From: Klebsormidium nitens
Taxonomy: Eukaryota > Plantae > Klebsormidiophyceae
Direction of reading: 5' to 3'
Length of the DNA: 64,000 nucleotides
Assembly (NCBI GenBank): GCA_000708835.1
Contig: DF237112.1
Location: 99,342 to 163,341, forward strand
The position numbers and the translations under genes were made by a program. Below the pieces are notes generated by a model. The model was not told the origin of the DNA. It saw only the letters and a list, made by a program, of their open reading frames with translations, and did not search any database. Shown here one piece after another: positions 13,797 to 23,618 of this stretch; within the stretch, counting starts at the first letter, position 1; each line of letters starts with the position of its first letter.

Positions 13797-14213
13797 TCAG
13801 ACTGCGAGGCCTTGGCCACACTTGCAGCTGACCCAGTTCTCCTGTAGTAACGATGAGGCTGACCTTTGCTTGCCCCTGAGCTCCTTCAGAAGGGCTCGTG
13901 CATCTTCGGACAGCTCCACCGCCCCTGATCTGGCCGTGATCTGAACCATCTTTGCCAGCTGATACAAGTCCGACTCTGCGACATACCTGCCGCCGACCAA
14001 TGTCTCGTCTTCCCAGGCATCGTAGTGTACAGCAGGGAGAGAGGCACCGGCGGGGGCGGCCGACTCGAGATCGATCAAGATATACCTGGCTAACGAGTTG
14101 GACGCATCCAGACACGAGATGACGTTGGGCTGTTGGATGTCCCGATGGCATATGTTCGCCGTATGCAGCTTGTCCAGCCCGTGCAACAGGTCGTGAACGA
14201 GCCGCCGCACATC
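13797..14213 (-). CDS. Protein-kinase-like C-terminal exon of a Crinkler-like locus
   Basis: Acceptor tttctttcgatctcgtgcag|GAT. Sequence reads DVRRLVHDLLHGLDKLHTANICHRDIQQPNV...ILIDLESA...SDLYQLAKM, with an HRD catalytic loop and a DLE variant of DFG. Confidence 0.75.
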   Translation of the reverse strand, partial: DVRRLVHDLLHGLDKLHTANICHRDIQQPNVISCLDASNSLARYILIDLESAAPAGASLPAVHYDAWEDETLVGGRYVAESDLYQLAKMVQITARSGAVELSEDARALLKELRGKQRSASSLLQENWVSCKCGQGLAV

Positions 14214-15227
14214 CTGCACGAGATCGAAAGAAACTCCGTTTGAAAGTGCTCCTTGCGCGCTCTGGAAAGTAGGAGCTTTGCAATGAGCTCCAGATCCACA
14301 CGCGGCCAAAGCACATGGGACTTGCGTTGGGTACGAGTTTCGATAGGTACTGTGTCAAGAATGATGTTCCACGTCGGCAGTGTGCTCATGGATAGCACTG
14401 GACGGATCCGGTGATCAAACGGAATCGCCAACGGTTGCCGATGAGCCTCTGATAGTCGAAGCTGCCAACAACTGAGCGACTCGAGGAGGACCCACGTCAA
14501 GTGCGCACCCTGATCCAGCGAGGCCTTCCTTGTCAACATGTCGAAGGGTGTGACTTTTGCAGTCGGCAAGGCCAAACATCCCTCTTACTGAGTTCCTGCG
14601 CTCGCCAAGAAGCTAAAAAAAGGAGAACAGAGGCACGGCCGATACTCAAGTGATCTCCGGGCTAAGCCTACTTTACCAGCACCAATTCTGCAGAGTTTCA
14701 ACAAGGAAAAAGTAGTGACCGTTGATAAGTAGCTCCCTCGCTGTAGGACCAATGAAAAGTCACCAGCAGGTGTTTACCGCTTTCCATGTGCTAGCGTCAT
14801 CAAGGTTCACCATAAGCTACCAATCAACACCAGATAAGACTGATGAGAAATTGAAAAAAGACGAAGAGACGGCAAAAAGCATTGCAGACTCTCACCTCTT
14901 CACTCTTGACCACCGCCGGGCAACCAAGTGGCTTCCCTTCTACCAGGTACACGTCCCTGTGCACTACTGGCCCCTGCGCGGCCTGTACGAGGAACCGGGT
15001 CGTTTTCGCCACCTGGTACGCCGCTTTCACGTGCTCCGCACTGGTCCCCGCCGTCTCAAAGAAGCTAGCCGCCCCGCGGATCGTTTTCTTTACGCTGCAG
15101 AACAGTGGCGGAAATACTTGTATTGATTTGCCGAATGACGCACTGCTTAAGGACTTCGAACGCCTTGTACTTAACCCCTGAGGCGAGCCCTGATCGGAAC
15201 CTTTTGAGTCACTGAAAGTTTGACGAA

Positions 15228-15686
15228 AACGGCGGAGCCCACAACGTCCGCAAGCTCGAGTTTCTCATAGACGATCCTAGAGGAAGCGAACAGATTGGTC
15301 AGCAAAGTGAGACTTTCTCGGTGATTTCCCCGACGACTCCCACCATGCCGTACAGCTTGGGCGCCTCCGGCTGAGCGTTCACGGACGCGCCCACGATACC
15401 CGCCTGCTCTAGTTTTCTCGTGAACAATCCTGGGGGCGAAACGGACAGACGGATGGATTAAGTAAACGTTACTTCGTGGTCTCCTCGGGACTGCGACCAT
15501 GCCGTACAGCTTGGGCGCCTCCGGCTGAACGTTCACGGACGCGCCCACAGTTCCCGCCTGCTCCAGTTCCTTGCAAGCTCGCAATCCTGGGACGAAACGA
15601 AAGGACTGGTCAGCAAAGGGAGCGTTACTTGGAAATCTCCCCGACGACTCCCACCATGCAGTACAGCTTGAGCGCCTCCAAAATCT
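15228..15686. repeat. Degenerate tandem array, about 154-bp unit, about 3-4 copies
   Basis: ccatgccgtacagcttgggcgcctcc recurs at about 15343, 15497 and 15653. A more diverged partial unit lies at 15228-15280. Confidence 0.85.
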
Positions 15687-15943
15687 GAAAGGAACTCTAG
15701 ACTTTCAGCAATAAACTCTCACTCAGTTCCTCTGCCAGGGATTGCCTTTGCTTCGATCGTCGAGCCTGTCGCATTTTACAGGTGCAGCTGTCGCGTTTTT
15801 ACTGGTGCGATTGTCAAAAAGGGTGTCGCAAACAGACACAATACTCGGCAGACGGGTGCAACCGAGACTTCCACCAGAGGAAAGCATGTAAGAAGCCACC
15901 GGCGACAGTCAGTGCAAGAATCGTAACAAAGCCACGATCTCAC

Positions 15944-18900
15944 TTTAGGACGAACGGGCATGACAAAGTTCAATGCAGCTTCTATCGCAGGCACTGAGGT
16001 CCTACTCAGAAACTCAGGAGCTTGTCCGCATGGCGCAATCCCCAAAAGCGCTTCGTACATTAACCTTAAGCTGAGGCAAATGCGAAAGCCAGTCCGTGCA
16101 GATCCTGCTTTTTTGCCGTTAAGAGAGTACGGCAGCCGTGGCATTCCTCAAAGAGTCTCACGTGAAAGCATATCGACAGACTGCTTGATCAAGCCCTGAC
16201 GAGGCTGACCATACCCGTCATCTGCAATCTTGTGCCGAGAAGTCCTAAGGTCGTTCGACTTAGGATTGGACGCAGAACTTCTCTGACCCTGCGTCAATCA
16301 AGCCTCCACCAGAAAAGCATAGCAGGACGACCAACCTATAGAAGCCAGCTTCCACGACCGCTCCGCTCGGCCGCTTCACCTTCTCGAATAGTGCCAACCC
16401 CCCTGGTTCAGGGAGCGTCTCCTTCATTTTCAAGAGGAGCCTGTAGAGATTGGTCACCACGTGCAGAACCTTGGCCCGGCCCTCAGGCGTGTTGTAGTGG
16501 ATGACACCGGTGATCGCATCCAACTGCAAAAGCAGCAGCACCAACACGATCAGGGACGATGAAATCAAGTTTTAGATTGTCTCCACAGGGCAGGCCCCTC
16601 CTCTTCAGATACCAGGTCAAAGCCCTGGAGAAGCCTTGTTGCAGATAGCAACCTGCATCTGGAGTCCGACACCCTCTTCTGAATGCATGCAGGGCTCACT
16701 TCTAATACCTTTGCTGCGAAGGTGGACTAGTGAAACAGGCAACACTTACACGACAGTAAAGACACTCTGAAAAAGCAACGACAAACAATAGCACCCGACA
16801 TCCCCAGCCAGCAGAATCGAAAATAGAAGCTTGAATGATGCTCATCTGAAACAGCTGTTATACGTGACAACGTCTGCCTGACTCGACTTCTTGATTTGTT
16901 TTTTGTTCAAGCACTCTCTTATTCACTCTGAAATGTCGGCTTGTGATTGCTCAGGCTTATGTTGAAAGTACCATCCGCCAGTGTCTTCCCTTCAAATGTT
17001 TGAACATTGAAGCTTAGACCAAACTTCAGACCAACCCGTCCTATCCCTGCGCATTGCTGGTATACCAGAGATGGATGCTACCAGAAATGCACAGCGAAAT
17101 GAGAGGTAGAAAGGACCCTGCTTTCCCCATCCCCCTCAAAATGATTTCTGCTTGTTCAGCATGTCCAGAACCCTCGAGTTCAACCTTCTTTGAGCTCCGT
17201 GACAGAAGCATTCATTCTTTACGAGAGGTCACCAGCCAGGAACAGAAAAACCAATGCTGTGGGTGTTGGTCTACGTAGCTCACCTGTAGAGAGTAGAATT
17301 GAACTTGCTTCCCAGACGCAGTGTAACAGATTATGTACGGCAGGACGCCGTAGTGTAGCTTGCTAAAGGGCTCTCGAAACTTCGCCTTGAGATCTGCTAG
17401 CGCTTCCTGCAGTGTGCCATCCTCCGGTTTCTCTTCTCCAGCTAGGAGAAGAGCGTATTTCGCCACGGCAGTCCCATCAGGGCGCGTATTGGCGATGTGA
17501 GGGATACTGAACGTCTCTTTTGTCTGTACGTTTTTGTTGTACTCTAGGCCAAGCTTCAGCGCATCTTCGATCTTCTCGCTGATTTGAGCCAGCGGATCGA
17601 AGAGCATCTTGGTGATTCCATATGCTGTGAGCTCCTCCTCCTCCTCCGCCCTGTGATTCCATATGATGTGGATGCTCTCAACGATTCGGCTGACGTAGGT
17701 TGTCACGATATTGGCTTGCAACACAAGAGACCGAAGACTCAGCAACGGTGTACATCATGTACAACAAATCTGTGCAGCACCTCAGCTTTTTGAAGGACTT
17801 ACTTATGAAGCGTTCCAATGCTTGTTCAATCAGGAGCCTGAGAGTCCTCTCAACATGGCCTCTGATGATGCTACACGGAGGGGACTTGCATCCAAATGAC
17901 AGAGAACTTATGCCAGCAGGGGCTCATGCAACCCACTGGAATGGCCTTCAGAATACGGCCATCAGAGAACAGGCTTCAAATGCTTGAAATCAGAACCTAA
18001 AAGTAGGAGTTGTCTTTCTAAGTAAAGCGGGTGCTGCAAATACTGAAGATTCCGATGATTTTGACCGCCTATTTTTTGTTTCCAAGCACAGAAAACACGT
18101 GAAAGACAATAATTGCACTGATCCTGATGCCAGGAACACAAAACTCGCGATTCGCCCCTTGTTCAGTCGGATGCAGCTGGCCACTTCTAAATTCTAGTCC
18201 AAGACATTGACTGACGTGTTGAGTCAATGGCGACATCCAGGACAGGCGCACACTTCCCTCCCACCAACCTTTTGAAAATTAACGCCAAACTGTAGCAACC
18301 TTCCAGACTACACAGCAACCCATTGGATTCGCACTACTCACGTCTTCTTGCTCCAAGCAAACTCGAACCACCTCGTTTGCATTTTCCACCAGGCTCAGCT
18401 TGTCATAAACCCGCTGAGTCACCGGAATCCGCTGGCTGACATTGCTCAGGAAGTCGCGAAGTCCCTCGACAGGTGGCAGAGACAACGGTATCTCCACAAT
18501 CAGCTCCTTCAGAATGCTTGCAGACTTGTCCGGCTCCACTGAAGGCAGCAAAAGAAGATATGTTAGGCAACTGCCAGTTCCTGACTCTACAAGCCTAGAC
18601 TGAGACACAAGTTGACGAGCTGACAAGCGCGCCACCAACATCGGACTAGAACGAAGTATGTGAGCCTGCTGGCATCGGAGCAACAGCAGCACAGCCTTGC
18701 CAAGACAAGCATGGCGCATCTCAAAAGTCTCAAAGCACAGGAACAGCATATGATATGAGATGGACAAGCCCTTCTGGCACTTTCAAGCAGAACTCACCCT
18801 TCCGCTTCTTTGCCTCCTTATAGCCCTCTGCCAGCATCTTTTTGTAGCCCTCAATAAGCTGCAAGATATTCGCTGGCACTGGGTAGGGATCATCTCTGAG

Positions 18901-19050
18901 TGTCTCCAGATGGAGATCCTCGCAAGCCTTGGGGGTTACACAGAGGTTTTTCACCAAAATCTCCACATCCTCCTCTTCCATTACCTGAGCTGTCAACCCT
19001 AAAACCTCCTCAAGCGAATCTCTCACAGCCTGAAGCTTCTCTGGCGTCAT
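15944..19050 (-). CDS. Crinkler (CR)-like protein: helical N-terminal header plus PD-(D/E)xK restriction-endonuclease-like domain; probably spliced to the kinase exon at 13797-14213 (gene or recent pseudogene)
   Basis: ATG at 19050 (MTPEKLQAVRDSLEEVLG...). Exons 19050-18798 and 18538-18342 are frame-consistent. The exon ending at 17284 has TRPDGTAVAKYALLLAGEEK...ALADLKAKF...LHYGVLPYIICYTASGKQVQFYSL. Exon 16523-16336 has HYNTPEGRAKVLHVVTNLYRLL. I could not resolve some internal junctions. Confidence 0.7.
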
Positions 19051-19867
19051 TTTGCGTGCTGACGGAGAGACTGACCCAGGATTGCTATGGCGCCAACAGC
19101 GCACCTTTCAACTTCAAAATCGCCTCCGAGTTCTTCCGTTGATGTACAACACTTCGAGTCAAATGCGCGCGGCGGGCTGGTGTTCGAGCTCCGTCTTCTT
19201 TTGACGGACGGCCTTTACAAAACTTGCAAAGGCGGCGTTTGACGGGACCTAAACGCCTTGATGTGATGTGCTTCATTGCTTGTACTTTCGTACAATCCAT
19301 TGAAGAGACTCGGCGAATCCTTGCTTTGTGAAGTTGTGATGGCTTCTACGTGCGTGCCGAATGATGATATCTACCGGTATTGCAAGTGTCCTTGTTATCA
19401 CGAAACCCTATGCCAATGGGCACTGGGCAGTCCATGCAAAGCCTGAGCCGAATCTTGCAATGCGTCGATCATGCTTTGACAACTTAATACCAAAAACGGC
19501 AGCACATAATAATGTACACATTTTGGGCAGGGAGTACCGGCCTCGGTGCACACTGCACGGTCACCGTGCACCGTGCTGCGCTAGCTTCGCGATAGCCCGG
19601 CCGCCTTCGGACGCGGCCGCAAAAACATGATTAACGCGATGACGCCGAAGGTGGCGGCCGCCTTGAGGGCCCACACGGCCGCAGGGTTCCGGCGTTTTGT
19701 AACCCCAAGCGAACGCGGGCGCTAAGAAAACCTAACCCCTGCGGCCGCGGCAGCCGCCCCCGGCAAATTCCTGGCAGCGCCGAGCATATATGCAATTAAC
19801 TGCTTTGTTCAATAATCATTACCGGCGTCGCTGGCGCGCTGCAATCCAGAAATTCTCTTACGCGGTC

Positions 19868-20362
19868 ATAGGGCCAGAGGAGGCAAATCCTGTTAAAGAG
19901 GGCGTCTGCGGATGCATCCGAATGACGTCATATGGCGACTGCACGGGTTGGCCCTCGGCGCTTCTGTCGCCAAAAACTCAAAGTGGCGGTAGCATTCCCC
20001 GTGCCTGATTTTCTGCTTGGGCGTGACCGGTGCTGACGTTTTGGGCCGCCCCGGTACGACGCCCACTTTAAGGCGCAAGAGATCAGCTTTAATTTTAACA
20101 CAACGGACAAGAGCTTAGCCCGCTTATATTTCTGAATCTGGTCAAAGGAACGCCACAGATGGAGCAATGGAGGCTCCTCAGACAGCCCTGACTCGGGAGG
20201 CTCAAGGACGCTTGCTATTCATCCGGATTCATCCCAAGAAGCTGACCGTGAGCCCTTTCTTTGCGGCACTTCTGCATTGCGCTGGGCTTCCAACGGCCTC
20301 CTTGCAAACGGTCCAAATGCAATGAAGGTGTTTGATCGAGCTGGGGTGCGAGGATCCGGAGG
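19868..20362 (+). pseudogene. BTB/POZ family copy 2a, truncated 5' fragment interrupted by a MITE
   Basis: The start codon is mutated (ATA GGG CCA GAG GAG versus ATG GGG CCA GAG GAG in copy 3). The agctgaccgtgagccctttctttgcggc segment is near-identical to copies 1 and 3. There are frameshifts including a tandem duplication (attcatccgg/attcatccca), and homology ends after GCEDP. Confidence 0.8.
19897..20067. mobile_element. Non-autonomous TIR element (MITE) with TTAA target-site duplication, Kolobok-like termini
   Basis: TTAA|AGAGGGCGTC ... GACGCCCACT|TTAA. Removing the element plus one TTAA restores the BTB reading frame (...ANPVKAQEISF...), colinear with copy 3. Confidence 0.85.
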
Positions 20363-20411
20363 TTTTCTTACATATACACAAGTTGAAGCTCGTGTTCAGA
20401 ATGCAGCAAAA

Positions 20412-22378
20412 ATGCTCGGGCTGCTGACGACGTCAAGGTGGGAGTGTTTCAAGGGTCGCCTGGCAAGGTGTACAAAAGTACTTTGGTCGAGCCGAAGCTC
20501 CCAATCTGGATGTCAAAGCTCAAATCTCAAAGAAGCACAAACCAGATCTGTGCCAGAAAGCAGCACAATCATCGCAAGTGTAGCTGACGGTGCTGGCCCG
20601 CTCCTGCTGCTGCACTTGGCAAGCCTTCCGACGTCCTCTTCTAACGCCAGACTCCTTGCTTTGCCAGACAATGATCTGATAACAGCAAGTCCATTCTTTG
20701 CGGCAATGCTTCTCCGGTGGAGATCAGACATTCTAGGTGATCCACAGTCTCCTGTTGCAGAGCCATACTCTCTCCTGTGTGAGGACCCGCAGGCTGCCTC
20801 TCTGGCTATCCTGTTCATCATAGCTTGCGGCGTTTCCAAAGAAGAGCTGCTAAGCCTTCCTTTCAATCTGCGCAGCGTAGGCGAAGCCCTCTCCGTGCTG
20901 ACGGTATGCAGATACTTCCTGTGCGATAGGCGGGTAATCAATTTCCTCGAGACCTTTTTGGACGCTTCTGAATGGAACTCGGAAGATCAAAAGAAGATTC
21001 TCGCAACCTACCAAGACTTGGGGCTGTACTTACCGCACGAAACGAGAGAGAGACTAGGAATTCTAGACCTTGAATGGCCTTGGTGCGAGAGGTACCGTCA
21101 GTGGCCTGACAGGGCGGAGTGCTTGATAAAGAGCGTTTTGGCGGCTGCTCTTCACCTGAAAAGCGGACCGATCTTCCGCAAAATCGTTCTTCCCGAGAGC
21201 GAGATGGACAGCTCTGAGAGGCCACGTCTGATTGTAGAAGAACTGGCAAGCTCAGGCTGGCTAGGCTTGAAAGTTGAGATCCTCCATAGCATTGTGGAAG
21301 CTCAGATGCATAGGCTTGTCGGGTTCGAAAAGTCAAGGAGCCTTTTAGCTGATTTGAGCGTGAAATGTCTCCGAAAGCAAGCGAATGCTGCAAGAGTAGA
21401 AAGCAGTCTCCATCTCTTCATCCGTCACCTCTCTTGCGTAGGCTGGCTGTCGTTTTTGTGCTTAAGGAGCGGAATAGCGCTTGAGGAGGTTAAAGCCGAA
21501 TGGTTATCTTCAGAAGCAGACAGCTTTGTGAGGAAGCAACGGAGAAGATACTGAAGCACACACCGGCAAACAGTCCGTTGAGCGCAATGCTTTATCATGC
21601 ACTCTTCCAGCCTCTTCGAAAGCTGTTCGACGTTGCTACCAGGAAAAAATCACAGCCCGCTCTCTTCGATGAGCTGAGCAGAAAGGAGCTGATTAGAATT
21701 TGGCTGCCAGTCCTGCTGAGGCTCGAAGAAGGGGAGCTTCTGTCCCCGTCTAGGAGACAATGGAGGTCTGTCCCTGATATTCATTTCACGCCACCAGACG
21801 ACAACAAAGGTACTGACTATTGGAGAATCTTGCACTGGACCTCCAATTGGAGGTGGCACCCGTGGCAATCCGCAACAAGAAGTCGCCTTTTGGAAATTAG
21901 AGCGGCCAAAGAGGCTAGGGAAAGAGAGGCGTTGGCGCAGATGCTCTACCAGGAAGCGTCTGAGAACATTCAGACGTACGGCGCCGCAAAAGTCACGAAG
22001 TTCTGGTCGGAAGTCCCTAATTTTGAGGCCCCGTCTCTAGATCAGCCGCTCCTCCCCCTGTTTTTGGAGACGTCGGCATTGATTCTAGGAGCTGTAGCGG
22101 ATCCGAACAATCTGATCCTGTGGGACGTCCGCTGCCCGTTCCTGACAAATGTCCTTCCAGTTCTGGTGGATGCGGACGTCAACCGGACGCTCACAACGGA
22201 GACGGTGGAAGATTTCCGGACGTCGTTTAGCGCGCTAACAATGGACCGGCAAGAGCAGGTGGCGCGGAAATGGGCGAAGACGCTCCCCCTCACGAGGCCC
22301 GTGGGTAGACGCGGGCTACTCCTGGACAGAGTGCTCATTGACTGGTGTGTTAGGAACGGAAACGCCGTCAGTCAGTAA
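20412..22378 (+). pseudogene. BTB/POZ family copy 2b, divergent intronless paralogue with a single frameshift (start uncertain)
   Basis: LITASPFFAAMLLRW...CEDPQAASLAIL...VGEALSVLTVCRYFLCD...LDASEW. The frame shifts at about 21530 (tttgtg-agg; one added G gives SFVEEATEKILKH). The C-terminus LPLTRPVGRRGLLLDRVLIDW matches copies 1 and 3. Confidence 0.75.
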
Positions 22379-23618
22379 GCATGAGGTACTGATTGGCCCC
22401 TCAGAAAAGACTAAGAGGAAGTGACTTTCTGAGGACTCGGAGTGCATGACTGTCTACCCAAGCCTAATGCATCCAATCACGTACTAGAAGCTTAATTTGT
22501 CTAAGGGCAAGTTGAATTGCAATATACGTTCGTGTTCTCTTGCTTAAGCCGCGCGGGCCTTTGATTGCTTTGCGCAAGCTTTATTTTGTGCGCATGATAC
22601 ATATTAGATTGGCATCATAAGCTAAGCCGCATGCACTAGGTTAGCTGCATGCTGATATCTCGATTCTGCAGTACGCCGCCGGTATGCCATGATGTCACTG
22701 CTAATTGACTTAGGTTGCGCGTCGACCGAAAACCTCCGAGGTCATCCCAGGTTTCTGAGCCAATCAGAGGCCTGCTTTTCATAAATATGGGTTTGTAAGA
22801 GGTTTGCAACACTGAGGTGATTGTGTCGCCTATAAGTATCAAATGAGCATCTTTTCTGCTCAGAGAAGCCTTGCCGGCAATTGCCACCACTCATGGCCAT
22901 TGCCCATGTGCTTTGGATAGAGCATTTTGGTGCAGAATTGGATTATATAGGGCGCACAGATGTGGAGGGTTTGCTGCAAACCACTACCGAAACCAGGGTT
23001 TCCTGAACCACGTGGTCTGACAAGATCAAAGTGGGGGGTGTAGATTTTCGGTCGACGCGCAACCTTAAGTATACCAGGCTCATATAGCCTCCGCGACGGG
23101 CCGGCCCGGAGTAGGTAAGTTACAAATAGTAACCGGAATCGAGTGCCGGGCCCGGCCAATGCATGATTACTTGCAATCCCACATGTGCATTCAGCGCAAA
23201 TGGCCATCATTCGATGATTCCTTGAGATAGTCACTGTTCGCTGATATAGGGCATGCCGCAGTGCGGCATCTATTCCACTATACACTAGAATGATCAATTG
23301 GCCGGGCGAGAAGTGATTGCGCAATCATGCATCCGCATATTGCAAAACTCATACTGCTGGCAGCCAGCCTGAAATGATGCTGCATCTCAGCATGACCGTT
23401 ATTGACTCCAAACTACAGTACCCCGCTTCCGAAATTCGAATGCAGCGGATTTACCGACTATGAAGACCGGCCTAGTCGTGACTCAATGCTCCGAATTTCT
23501 ACTGCAAATTGTAGACTTCCAACCAATCTAAACCTGCGTCCAGATTATATCTATCCAATGATCTCGAAACGAGGAGAAAGGACCACGTATATGTAGCTAA
23601 ACAGCGTGCGCGTAACTC

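Noticed and set aside
22500-23400. ATGCAT/CATG-rich intergenic stretches (also about 13400-13620, 32500-33250, 45430-45900) as one repeat family
   Set aside because: They share composition, but I could not find alignable sequence or termini by eye.
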